DNA from: Tubiluchus corallicola
Lineage: Eukaryota; Animalia; Priapulida
DNA: 64,000 nucleotides
Direction of reading: 5' to 3'
Assembly: GCA_030141605.1 (NCBI GenBank)
Contig: JAQGDQ010000365.1
Coordinates: forward strand, 17,950-81,949
Shown in pieces: positions 1 through 9,315 of the stretch (position 1 is its first letter; each line of letters begins with the position of its first letter). A program made the translations under genes and the position numbers. The notes beneath the pieces are model-generated. The model did not search any database. It was not told the origin of the DNA and was given only the letters and a program-made list of their open reading frames with translations.

Positions 1-19
1 AATAGTACACTTCTTAGAC

Positions 20-2197
20 CTAGTGTCCCATTTCGGAGAGAAATTTTATGCGTACCAGCCTAACCTCCTCCTCACTATATTTGTACTCCAGTTCTTCAAC
101 CGCCTTTTCTATCGAATCAGACTCGGCATCCTCACGAAAATAGAGGAAAATATCTTCAACTTGATCATCGTCCATCATACTGCGAAGGTAGTAGCTTATA
201 TCCAATCTCGTTCCTGAATTTATTATAGCCTCTATCTCCGTTAATAAAGTATCCATTTCAATATCCTTTGCAGAAGCAATCTCTTCAAGAGGGAGCTTTC
301 TATCAATGCTCTGTATAATGTACACCTTGTTCTTTGACTTATTCGCCACTGTTCTTACAACTAGATCCTGCATACGCTCTATTCCCTTCTCCCTAACATA
401 CTTTTTGATCAGCTCAACAAAAGGAGCTCCATAACGATTTGCCTTCCCTTGCCCTACCCCTACAATACTCTGAAGCTCTTCCAGGGTGGTAGGATACTGT
501 ATGGACATGTCAGACAGAGAGGGATCCTGAAAAATAACAAATGGAGGCAACCCATGCTTTTTTGCTATCTCTCCCCTAAGCTCCTTTAAAATAGCAAACA
601 GTTCGGGGTCACCAACAGATGAGCCCGTTTGCGTGGGTACAGCATTCTCCTCAACCTCGTAATCATTATTCTTAACAATAAAAAATGAGTGAGGGCTATC
701 TTTAAAACTCCTCCCCTTATCTGTTATTTTCAATATGCCATAGTTTTCAATATCCTTTTGTAAAAATCCAGCAATAATACATTGGCGAAATACTGCGTTC
801 CAAAGTTTGGGATCATGCTCTCCCCCCTCTCCAAAAATAGACAGGCTATCGTGCCTGAATGACTTTACCGCAGCACTCGCTTTGCCAGTAAGTATATTGA
901 CTATATGCTCGCTTTTAAATTGCTCTTTAACAACAAGAACAGAGTTAAGAGCCATAAGCACCATCTCTTTGCCCTCTATTTGCTCCTTTGGGTTTTGACA
1001 ATTATCACATGAATCACAACAGTCCTTTTCATACTTTTCTCCAAAATAGTGAAGTAAAGTAATACGGCGACAGAGAGATGACTCGGCATAAGCAACAGTG
1101 TCTAGCAATAATTGCTGCCCTACCTCCTGCTCTGCGACAGGCTTCCCCTGCATAAACTTTTCAAGCTTCTGTATATCCTTATAACTATAAAAGACAATAC
1201 ACCGTCCCTCACCACCATCACGCCCGGCTCTCCCTGTTTCCTGATAGTAGCTTTCGAGAGACTTAGGTATGTCGTAATGTATAACAAATCGTACATCAGG
1301 CTTGTCTATTCCCATCCCAAATGCAATAGTGGCAACAATTACATCCACTTCCTCCGTTAAAAACTTATCCTGATTGTGCGAGCGCGTTGCAGAGTCCATT
1401 CCTGCATGGTAGGGAAGTGCGCTAACACCATTAACTTGTAGCTTCTCTGCTATCTCTTCAACCCTCTTTCTACTAAGACAATATATAATCCCGGACTTCC
1501 CTTTATTATTATTTATATACCTTATAATGCTTTCACCAACATCTTTTTTGGGCCTTACCTCATAAAACAGGTTTGGCCGATTAAATGATGACTTAAAAAC
1601 TTTGGCATCCTGCATCCCCAAATTTTTCTGAATATCATGCTGAACTTTTGGAGTTGCAGTTGCAGTAAGTGCAATAATTGGGGCAGCCCCAATATCATTG
1701 ACAATCGACCTTATACGTCGATATTCAGGCCTGAAATCATGCCCCCACTCAGATATACAATGTGCCTCATCTATTGCAAAAAAAGAGACCTGCGCGCTGG
1801 ATAGAAAATCTATATTTTTCTGCTTAGTAAGAGACTCCGGAGCAACATAAAGAAGTTTTGTCCTGCCGTCCAAAACATTACTCTTCACTTTCTGTATTGC
1901 CGCTTTGGATAAAGATGAATTTAAAAAATGAGCCACTCTGTCATCAGTACAAAAACCACGTATTGCATCAACCTGATTTTTCATTAAGGCAATAAGAGGT
2001 GATATAATTACAGCTGTACCATCCTGAATAAGTGCAGGCAACTGGTAGCATAAAGACTTACCTCCCCCTGTCGGCATCAGCACAAAGGTATCATTCCCGG
2101 CAAGTACACTTTTTATTACCTGCTCCTGCTTGCCCTTAAACCTATCAAAACCGAAATATTTTTTAAGCTCTACTAATAATGAACTCTTTTCTTTCAT
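20..2197 (-). CDS. recQ: ATP-dependent DNA helicase RecQ
   Basis: Walker A MPTGGGKS, DEAHCISEWGHDFR, QETGRAGRDG, Cys-rich RQC region and HRDC-like C-terminal part. Confidence 0.97.
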   Translation of the reverse strand: MKEKSSLLVELKKYFGFDRFKGKQEQVIKSVLAGNDTFVLMPTGGGKSLCYQLPALIQDGTAVIISPLIALMKNQVDAIRGFCTDDRVAHFLNSSLSKAAIQKVKSNVLDGRTKLLYVAPESLTKQKNIDFLSSAQVSFFAIDEAHCISEWGHDFRPEYRRIRSIVNDIGAAPIIALTATATPKVQHDIQKNLGMQDAKVFKSSFNRPNLFYEVRPKKDVGESIIRYINNNKGKSGIIYCLSRKRVEEIAEKLQVNGVSALPYHAGMDSATRSHNQDKFLTEEVDVIVATIAFGMGIDKPDVRFVIHYDIPKSLESYYQETGRAGRDGGEGRCIVFYSYKDIQKLEKFMQGKPVAEQEVGQQLLLDTVAYAESSLCRRITLLHYFGEKYEKDCCDSCDNCQNPKEQIEGKEMVLMALNSVLVVKEQFKSEHIVNILTGKASAAVKSFRHDSLSIFGEGGEHDPKLWNAVFRQCIIAGFLQKDIENYGILKITDKGRSFKDSPHSFFIVKNNDYEVEENAVPTQTGSSVGDPELFAILKELRGEIAKKHGLPPFVIFQDPSLSDMSIQYPTTLEELQSIVGVGQGKANRYGAPFVELIKKYVREKGIERMQDLVVRTVANKSKNKVYIIQSIDRKLPLEEIASAKDIEMDTLLTEIEAIINSGTRLDISYYLRSMMDDDQVEDIFLYFREDAESDSIEKAVEELEYKYSEEEVRLVRIKFLSEMGH

Positions 2198-2616
2198 GCC
2201 TCTTCTTCCTGATTAAACCGCTTTAGAGGAAATATGTAGCATCACTAAGATACTAAAATAAAACCTATAGAGCAAACCAACTTATATACAAATTAAATAT
2301 TGAAGTCGAAAAGCTGCGTATTTGCAAAATGGAATACAAATATAAGGTAAAGATTATATATTTATGGTAATTTTTCATATGCTTAGATGTTAAATAACAA
2401 ATATAGTGCCAAGCAACTGGAAGAAATCAAATAAATATCTAATTTCGCAGCTAACCGGAAATAGAAGTAAAAAAAAGAGAAATATAAAACTTGCGTAGAA
2501 ACAAAAAGCTTGGTATAAATGGACAAAAAGCCAGCCCTGCTGTCTCTTTAAACACGCCTTAACAACTATAAATGTTCGAAATTAAAGCTATTCAGTAATA
2601 TATTAAATAAAAATAT

Positions 2617-2745
2617 GAGACCTTTGCAAGGCAGAATATTTTGCTTCAGACTGAGGAAGAGTTCAAGGAAAAGTTGCAACTTGCCGGCGAAAACAAAGAT
2701 TTTTACGCAAATATTAATAAAAAAGTGAACTTTGTAGAAATATGC
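2617..2745 (-). mobile_element. Dispersed ~130 bp TIR repeat (MITE-like), inverted copy
   Basis: Starts GAGACCTTTGCAAGGC; its reverse complement aligns by eye with copies such as 26911 and 63865 (TTTTTATTAATATTT...TTCCTCAGTCTGAAGCAAAA...CCTTGCAAAGGTCTC). Confidence 0.85.
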
Positions 2746-2879
2746 TTTATTAGAATAAAAACTTTTGCAGTACCTGGGAATAGTAATCTTAAAATAAAAC
2801 ATATGGACTTGCGATAATTATTTACTGACAAATACAGGTCAACTATCCATAACACATAAAGCGTAATGTTTTTTTAAAA

Positions 2880-3743
2880 ATGCCAGAGCTCAAAAAATAT
2901 ATTGAACAAAAGAACAGTGGGAAAAGAAAGAGGGAAAAGAGAGAGGGGGAAATGTCTTTTCTAGAGCACCTTGAGATACTTCGGTGGCACCTTGTGCGCT
3001 CTGCTGCAGCTATAGTAATAGGCGCAGCAATTGCTTTTATCAATTATGAAATAATATTTGACACTTTAATACTTAACCCTAAAACCCCTGAATTTGCCAC
3101 TAACAGATTTTTTGCGTGGGTGGCAGAGCTGATTAATATTAAAGCTCTTGCACTGAACACCAAGCCACTGGAAATTATTAATATTAAACTGGCAGGGCAG
3201 TTTGCTACTCATATTAAAGTTTCCCTTATATCGGGGCTCATACTCTCTTTTCCCTATGTGATATGGGAATTCTGGCGATTTTTAAAACCTGCACTATATG
3301 AAAAAGAGAAGAAACATGCTTCCGGTGCTGTTTTTTACAGCTCTTTTTTATTTATCCTGGGTGTCCTATTTGGCTATTACATAATAGTGCCTTTATCAGT
3401 CCATTTTCTTGGCTCATATAATATAAGCGGACATGTAACTAACCAGATAAGCCTTGGCTCATACATTGGCACAGTAGTTTCAATTGTTCTGGCCAGTGGC
3501 ATTATGTTTGAACTACCTATTGTTGTTTATTTTCTTAGCAAGGTAGGATTAATAACTCCTGAGTTTCTTAAAAAATACAGAAAGCATTCGTATATTGCGC
3601 TACTGCTCCTTTCAGCAGTTATAACTCCTCCTGACGTGTTTAGCCAAATACTTGTCTGTTTTCCTCTAGTATTTCTTTACGAAATAGGGATCACTGTTTC
3701 TAAACGGATAACAAAAAGACAGGAGGAAATACTTGAAGCTTAA
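2880..3743 (+). CDS. tatC: Twin-arginine translocase subunit TatC
   Basis: [19 protein letters not shown] and ITPPD motifs; multiple TM segments. Confidence 0.95.
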   Translation: MPELKKYIEQKNSGKRKREKREGEMSFLEHLEILRWHLVRSAAAIVIGAAIAFINYEIIFDTLILNPKTPEFATNRFFAWVAELINIKALALNTKPLEIINIKLAGQFATHIKVSLISGLILSFPYVIWEFWRFLKPALYEKEKKHASGAVFYSSFLFILGVLFGYYIIVPLSVHFLGSYNISGHVTNQISLGSYIGTVVSIVLASGIMFELPIVVYFLSKVGLITPEFLKKYRKHSYIALLLLSAVITPPDVFSQILVCFPLVFLYEIGITVSKRITKRQEEILEA

Positions 3744-3805
3744 AAAAAAGAGCTTCCTATTTCTATTCCAAAAAACTTTTTTGTCATATATTAATCAATA
3801 AAAAA

Positions 3806-4978
3806 ATGAGACTAAAAGCTAAAAATTTGACAAAAAAATATGGACGCAGAACAGTAGTAAACGGAGTGTCCATAGAAGTAGAACAGGGTGAAATAGTTGG
3901 GCTGTTAGGGCCAAACGGAGCAGGGAAAACCACCTCATTTTACATGATGGTGGGACTGGTGAAGTCAAATGGTGGCAACATCTTCCTGGACGACAAAAAT
4001 ATCACTTCATATCCCGTTTACAAGCGAGCTAAACTTGGCATCGGGTATCTGGCTCAGGAGTCATCAGTGTTCAGGGGAATGAGCGTTGAAGACAACATAT
4101 TATCAGTACTGGAGATGACAAAACTTTCCAGGGCTGAACAGAAAGAGAAGCGAGAATCTCTACTCGACGAATTTGGCCTGCAGCATATAAGAAAAAGCAA
4201 AGGGATACAACTATCGGGAGGAGAGCGTCGCCGGACAGAAATTGCTAGATGCCTAGCTATAAACCCAGCGTTCATACTTCTTGATGAACCTTTTGCTGGC
4301 GTTGACCCCATAGCTGTTGAGGATATACAGCGAATCGTGTATAAGCTTAAAGATAAAAATATTGGGATATTAATAACCGATCATAATGTACATGAAACCC
4401 TTTCTATAACTGATCGTTCATACCTGTTGTACGATGGTGATATACTGCAAAGCGGTACAGCCGAAGAGTTGGCAAATGATGAAGATGTCAGAAGGCTGTA
4501 TCTTGGGCAAAACTTTGAATTGCGACTTCCGGAAGAAAAAAAGGTGTCCGGTGCAGAACAAGATCTTGGAGTAAAATATACTACTAATGAGGAGGCAAAG
4601 GAAAAAGAGGAAGCAGAGAAGAAAGAAGCATCAGGGGAAGGGGTAACGACAGGAAAAAGAGCAACAGTAAAGAAGAAGGCAACAGCAGGGGAAGGAGTAA
4701 CGACAGGAAAAAGAGCAACAGTAAAGAAGAAGGCAATAGCAGGGGAAGGGGTAACGACAGGAAAAAGAGTAGCAGTAAAGAAGAAGGCAACAGCAGGGGA
4801 AGGGGTAACGACAGGAAAAAGAGTAGCAGTAAAGAAGAAGGCAACAGCAGGGGAAGGGGTAACGACAGGAAAAAGAGTAGCAGTAAAGAAGAAGACAACA
4901 GCAGGGGAAGGGGTAACGACAGGAAAAAGAGTAACAGCAAAGAAAAAGGAGGAGACGGAGAAAAAAAAGAAATTGTAG
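3806..4978 (+). CDS. lptB: LPS export ABC transporter ATP-binding protein LptB with ~150-aa charged/repeat C-terminal extension
   Basis: [50 protein letters not shown] end motif at about aa 240, then an extension. Confidence 0.95.
   Translation: MRLKAKNLTKKYGRRTVVNGVSIEVEQGEIVGLLGPNGAGKTTSFYMMVGLVKSNGGNIFLDDKNITSYPVYKRAKLGIGYLAQESSVFRGMSVEDNILSVLEMTKLSRAEQKEKRESLLDEFGLQHIRKSKGIQLSGGERRRTEIARCLAINPAFILLDEPFAGVDPIAVEDIQRIVYKLKDKNIGILITDHNVHETLSITDRSYLLYDGDILQSGTAEELANDEDVRRLYLGQNFELRLPEEKKVSGAEQDLGVKYTTNEEAKEKEEAEKKEASGEGVTTGKRATVKKKATAGEGVTTGKRATVKKKAIAGEGVTTGKRVAVKKKATAGEGVTTGKRVAVKKKATAGEGVTTGKRVAVKKKTTAGEGVTTGKRVTAKKKEETEKKKKL
4632..4948 (+). repeat. 54-bp tandem repeat, about 6 copies (18-aa unit GEGVTTGKR(A/V)(T/A)VKKKATA)
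   Basis: CAGGGGAAGG(G/A)GTAACGACAGGAAAAAGAG recurs at 4632, 4686, 4740, 4794, 4848, 4902. Confidence 0.97.
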
Positions 4979-5097
4979 CTATAGTCAAATAATAAAATTT
5001 ACGTCTTTTAACTAAGCATTATGCTAATTGAAAATAGACCAATTACCATGCTTATTACACAAAGGCAGAACAACTCAGTATTTAAACTTTAATTTGT

Positions 5098-6420
5098 ATG
5101 AGAGTATTTAAGTTTGGAGGAACCTCTGTTGGTTCACCTGAAAGTATGCACTCCGTAATGAAGCTTATTGCCGACGGTGAAAAAAAACTGATTGTGCTAT
5201 CTGCAATGTCAGGTACAACAAACTGCCTTGTAGAAATATCAAACTATCTTTATAATGGCAATAAAAAATCGGCTCTTGAAGCAATTAACAGTCTGGAAAA
5301 AAGATACTACAACATAATTCCTGAAATATTTAAAAGGGAAAAAAATATAGAACAGGGGAAATTACTGCTTAGGGAGAATTTCGAAACCATAAAATCACAT
5401 GTTGATGGCACATTCTCAGAAAAAGCAGAAAAAGAAGTATTGGCACAAGGGGAAATTATATCTACTAAAATTTTCACACTACTACTACAAGAGAATGGGC
5501 ATAACGCAGTGCTTCTACCTGCTCTCGACTTCATGAAAAAAGACGAAGAATCGGTAGTAGACTACGCCTACATAAGGGAAAAAATTACCAATATGCTCAA
5601 AAAGCATCCTGAAGCCTTCTACTACATAACTCAAGGGTTTATTTGCCGTAATCATAAGGGAGATATCGACAATCTTCAGCGAGGAGGGTCAGACTATACA
5701 GCCACGCTAGTAGGCCAAAGCATTAACTCAAAAGAGGTACAAATATGGACGGATATAGATGGCTTTCACAATAACGATCCTCGCTATGTGAAAAATACGA
5801 AGCGTGTTGATCAGTTATCGTTTGATGAAGCTGCCGAGCTGGCCTATTTTGGAGCAAAAATACTACACCCGCAAACAATACTTCCTGCAAAAGTGAACAA
5901 CATTCCCGTAAGGCTTAAAAACACTAAAAACCCTACTGATCAAGGGACACTAATTACATCCCGTACTAGTGGTACAGGGCTAAAAGCCGTTGCTGCAAAA
6001 GATAACATAACTGCCATAAAAATACGCTCAGGGCGAATGCTAAATGCATATGGCTTTATGAAAAGTATCTTTGCAATATTTGAGCTCTTCAAAACACCTA
6101 TTGACATGATCACCACATCGGAGGTTGCTGTATCTGTCACTATTGACAATCCTAAGAACTTGGATGAAATTGTTGAAAGCATAAAAAAATATGGTGAGGT
6201 AGAGGTTGACAAAAACCAGTCCATAATCTGTATAGTGGGAGACATGATTGCTGGAGAAGATGGATATGCGGCTAAAATATTTACTTCTATAGAGGGAATA
6301 CCGGTGCGTATGATCTCCTACGGTGGAAGTAAAAACAATATCTCTATCCTCGTGAACACAAAAGATAAGCAAAGAGCGCTTCAGGAGCTAAATGACAACT
6401 TATTAAATCCATTCTTCTAG
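5098..6420 (+). CDS. lysC: Aspartate kinase
   Basis: VFKFGGTSVGS, RGGSDYTA, ELAYFGAKILHP, C-terminal ACT domains. Confidence 0.95.
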   Translation: MRVFKFGGTSVGSPESMHSVMKLIADGEKKLIVLSAMSGTTNCLVEISNYLYNGNKKSALEAINSLEKRYYNIIPEIFKREKNIEQGKLLLRENFETIKSHVDGTFSEKAEKEVLAQGEIISTKIFTLLLQENGHNAVLLPALDFMKKDEESVVDYAYIREKITNMLKKHPEAFYYITQGFICRNHKGDIDNLQRGGSDYTATLVGQSINSKEVQIWTDIDGFHNNDPRYVKNTKRVDQLSFDEAAELAYFGAKILHPQTILPAKVNNIPVRLKNTKNPTDQGTLITSRTSGTGLKAVAAKDNITAIKIRSGRMLNAYGFMKSIFAIFELFKTPIDMITTSEVAVSVTIDNPKNLDEIVESIKKYGEVEVDKNQSIICIVGDMIAGEDGYAAKIFTSIEGIPVRMISYGGSKNNISILVNTKDKQRALQELNDNLLNPFF

Positions 6421-6446
6421 CACTATCTCATAAACTGTGTAAATAG

Positions 6447-6478
6447 AAAATGCCGAGGGTTGCAACCCTCGGCATTTT
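6447..6478 (+). terminator. Perfect 32-bp palindrome / intrinsic terminator inside the IS left end
   Basis: AAAATGCCGAGGGTTG-CAACCCTCGGCATTTT followed by more T. Confidence 0.75.
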
Positions 6479-6507
6479 TTTGTTTAATTTTAAAACTTTA
6501 GACAGTA

Positions 6508-7704
6508 ATGAAAAAAGAAGATTTATTAAATGATGATTTCCTTGAACAGTTTAATTCAGGGGAAGAGCTCAATGGTTTTTTACAAGAGCTCCAAAAACGA
6601 GGCATTGAAAAGATGCTTGAAGGAGAACTCGATGGTCATTTAGGCTATGATAAGAATCAAAAATCGGATAATCAGAATGCCCGCAATGGCTATTCAGAGA
6701 AGAGAGTCCGAACCACTCTGGGAGAATCCAACATTCAGGTTCCCCGAGACCGTGATGCTTCGTTTAATCCGATGATTGTACCCAAAGGAGGGAACATGGT
6801 CGATGGCTTAGAGAATATCATTGTTTCGTTTTATGCTAAAGGAATGAGTAATAGCGATATTGAAGAGCAAATTCGGGAGCTATACGGTTTTGAAGTTTCT
6901 ACATCCACCATATCAAGGATTACCGATTCAGTCACCAACGACATTGTAGCGTGGCAGAACCGACCTCTGGAAATTGTATACCTAATTGTTTGGATGGATG
7001 GCATTGTATTTAAAGTGCGGGAGAACTCTAAGGTCGTCAACAAAACCGTTTACATTGCCGTAGGACTTCGCAGAGATGGGAAAAAAGAGGTTCTTGGCTT
7101 ATGGTTGGGCAAGAGTGAGTCCGCTGCCTTTTGGATGAACGTACTTACCGATATGAAAGCCCGTGGAGTTAACGATATTCTGATTACGGCAACAGATAAC
7201 TTGAATGGCTTTACAGATACTATCCGAACTGTTTTCCCTGAATCTAAAACACAAATATGTGTTGTTCATCAAATCCGTAACGCAAGCAGATACGTGGTTT
7301 GGAAAGATAAAAAGGCATTTACAAAAGATATGAAGCAAATCTATAACGCCCCTACAAAAGAGGCTGCAAAAGCAGCTTTAGAAGATTTTGCATCAGCTTG
7401 GGAGGATAAATACTCTTACGCAATTAAAAGCTGGCGAGACAACTGGGAAGACCTAACAGTATTCTTTGAGTTTCCGCTGGAAATCAGAAAGATAATTTAT
7501 ACAACCAACCTGATTGAGAATCTCAACGGAAAAATCAGAAAATACACAAAAAACAAACTTTCATTCCCGTCAGACCAGGCTGTAATGAAATCTGTATTTT
7601 TGGCAACCAGAGAAGCAACTAAAAAATGGTCAATGCCAATCAGAAACTGGGGCATTGTCTTGAATCAGTTCTTAGTTATATTTGAAAAAAGGGTCCAGCT
7701 ATAA
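6508..7704 (+). CDS. IS256 (mutator) family transposase
   Basis: [44 protein letters not shown] motifs; intact 398 aa. Confidence 0.96.
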   Translation: MKKEDLLNDDFLEQFNSGEELNGFLQELQKRGIEKMLEGELDGHLGYDKNQKSDNQNARNGYSEKRVRTTLGESNIQVPRDRDASFNPMIVPKGGNMVDGLENIIVSFYAKGMSNSDIEEQIRELYGFEVSTSTISRITDSVTNDIVAWQNRPLEIVYLIVWMDGIVFKVRENSKVVNKTVYIAVGLRRDGKKEVLGLWLGKSESAAFWMNVLTDMKARGVNDILITATDNLNGFTDTIRTVFPESKTQICVVHQIRNASRYVVWKDKKAFTKDMKQIYNAPTKEAAKAALEDFASAWEDKYSYAIKSWRDNWEDLTVFFEFPLEIRKIIYTTNLIENLNGKIRKYTKNKLSFPSDQAVMKSVFLATREATKKWSMPIRNWGIVLNQFLVIFEKRVQL

Positions 7705-7721
7705 ATAGCCAAACCCTCGGT

Positions 7722-7791
7722 ATTTTTTTAGTTTACACACTTTGTGAAACAGTGTCATTTTTTTAGTTTACACACTTTGTGAAACAGTGTC
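7722..7791. repeat. Perfect 35-bp tandem duplication of the IS256 right end
   Basis: ATTTTTTTAGTTTACACACTTTGTGAAACAGTGTC at 7722-7756 and 7757-7791. Confidence 0.97.
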
Positions 7792-7795
7792 TATA

Positions 7796-8887
7796 TTAAG
7801 CAGATTTCCCTATTCTCTTAAAAAAATGCTTTGAATCTCCCAATTCTCCATACCCTATCTCTTTTTCTGTGAGTGCGATGCGGGCATCAAGGCACCCTTT
7901 ACACTGTTCCGGATTCTCGTCCACACAAGGCTTATTGTCGTACAATGCGTAGTCATTTCTAAAAGTACCGGGTGTAATGTTTGGCATGATAATGTTTGCC
8001 CCGGCTTTTATAGCTTTCTCCCTTCCTAGTGGATCTATGGCCTGCAATGCAGTTGCGGCAGCAATGTTAATATCTTTCATCAGAAGGCGCAGAGATGCAA
8101 TCATTTTTAGTGACGTATCAAATCTTTTTTTAATTGGCCATAGCTTATGCCTGTACTTGTAGAGAGGGGTGCCAGAGTGTTCGATATATGGGCCCATACC
8201 TACCATATCTACATCAAGATTTCTAAAAAAGATCAAGTCTTCTGCAAGGTGCCCGTAGTCCTGAAAAGGTAAGCCAATCATTACCCCTGTACCTGTTTGA
8301 TAGCCGATGCTTTGCAGGTTCTTTATGCAGGCAAGGCGTTCATCAAAACTGTGAAGATTGTCAACAGGGTGTAGCTTTTTATAAAGTTCTTTATTTGATG
8401 TCTCAACTCTCAACAGATACCTGTGGGCACCGGCTTTAAACCATCTTTGATAGGTTTTGTATGGTTGCTCCCCTAATGAAAGAGTTATCCCCAGCGTTCC
8501 ATCACTTAGCTCTTTTACTTTATATATTAATTGCTCAATACGCTTAGTAAATGATTCTCCCGACACCTCCCCCGACTGAATAACCAGTGAACCGTAGCTG
8601 CTATTATATGCAAATCTGGCCGCAGCGAGAACTTCATCGTCAGAGAGAGTGTACCTTTTGATATTTTTATTCTCTTTTCTAATACCGCAATAGTAACAGT
8701 TTTTTTCGCATACGTTTGACATCTCTATTAGTCCCCTGAAATAGACCTTTTTGCCTGTATGCTTCTCCATTTTCAATGAGGCAGCTTTAAACAATGCTTT
8801 TTTGTGATTACCTCCAGACTGAAGCAGGGATATAAGCTCATCTTTAATTGTGTTTTCATCCTGCAATATGTTACTATCTATTGTCAT
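7796..8887 (-). CDS. hydE: [FeFe]-hydrogenase H-cluster radical SAM maturase HydE
   Basis: YFRGLIEMSNVCEKNCYYCGIR (CxxxCxxC), RYLLRVETS, GANIIMPN, YALYDNK C-terminal motif. Confidence 0.9.
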   Translation of the reverse strand: MTIDSNILQDENTIKDELISLLQSGGNHKKALFKAASLKMEKHTGKKVYFRGLIEMSNVCEKNCYYCGIRKENKNIKRYTLSDDEVLAAARFAYNSSYGSLVIQSGEVSGESFTKRIEQLIYKVKELSDGTLGITLSLGEQPYKTYQRWFKAGAHRYLLRVETSNKELYKKLHPVDNLHSFDERLACIKNLQSIGYQTGTGVMIGLPFQDYGHLAEDLIFFRNLDVDMVGMGPYIEHSGTPLYKYRHKLWPIKKRFDTSLKMIASLRLLMKDINIAAATALQAIDPLGREKAIKAGANIIMPNITPGTFRNDYALYDNKPCVDENPEQCKGCLDARIALTEKEIGYGELGDSKHFFKRIGKSA

Positions 8888-8901
8888 TACTTACACTGTG
8901 T

Positions 8902-9025
8902 GAGTCTTTGCAAAACGGGTTTTTATTAAGATTTTTAGTAAAAACTCCTTTATGCTGGTAAACTGTGTTTTTTATATCGAGTTTGTCATCAACCTAACCC
9001 AAACTTTTTTGCTTTATAAGGCCTC
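8902..9025 (+). mobile_element. Dispersed TIR repeat copy
   Basis: GAGTCTTTGCAAAAC...TTTTATTAAGATTTTT...GGTAAACTGTGTTTT...TTTATAAGGCCTC. Confidence 0.8.
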
Positions 9026-9089
9026 ATTTAGTTTTCCAACTGCTTTGTAATACAATTTCGTGCACACCAACAATGAACCCAAATATAAT

Positions 9090-9217
9090 GAGTACTCTGC
9101 AAAACTTATCTTTTTAATAATGTTTTCGTCAAAATCTCCATATATATTGGGAAGCTACGGTTTTTCATTGAATTTTCCCTTAATCTAGACTAAAATCTTT
9201 CACCTTGCAAAGGTGTC
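9090..9217 (+). mobile_element. Dispersed TIR repeat copy
   Basis: GAGTACTCTGCAAAACTTATCTTTTTAATAATGTTTTCGTCAAAATC...CCTTGCAAAGGTGTC. Confidence 0.87.
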
Positions 9218-9315
9218 GTAATTATACGGTAGCTGTAAAATACTGATCTAATCATAACACTTTGGATAGGATATGGTATATATTTGTTATGCTTGTTTAC
9301 AAACTTTGATAATAG

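Larger units (their letters stand above)
6419..7791 (+). mobile_element. IS256-family insertion sequence with duplicated right end
   Basis: Left end AGCACTATCTCATAAACTGTGTAAAT is an imperfect inverted repeat of right end TTTACACACTTTGTGAAACAGTGTC; encloses a transposase. Confidence 0.92.

Noticed and set aside
2566-2802. Short ORFs overlapping repeat copies (also 26909, 37907, 39341, 53386, 56367, 62305)
   Set aside because: Frames and peptides are not conserved between copies, so there is no support for a repeat-encoded peptide.
4584-4988. Leu/Ser/Pro-rich minus-strand ORF
   Set aside because: Antisense shadow of the purine-rich 54-bp repeat in lptB.
4979-5097. Lysine riboswitch upstream of lysC (and SAM or FMN riboswitches upstream of cysD and ribBA)
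   Set aside because: The lysC leader is too short and AT-rich. The cysD and ribBA leaders are occupied by repeat copies and show no aptamer motifs.
8902-9217. Repeat pairs as a CRISPR array or integron attC cassettes
   Set aside because: Units are about 130 bp, divergent and scattered between housekeeping genes. There is no regular repeat-spacer period and no cas or integrase gene.
8888-9315. oriC at the skew switch
   Set aside because: No cluster of TTATCCACA-like boxes and no typical origin-linked genes seen; the gap is mostly two repeat copies. Not formally excluded.
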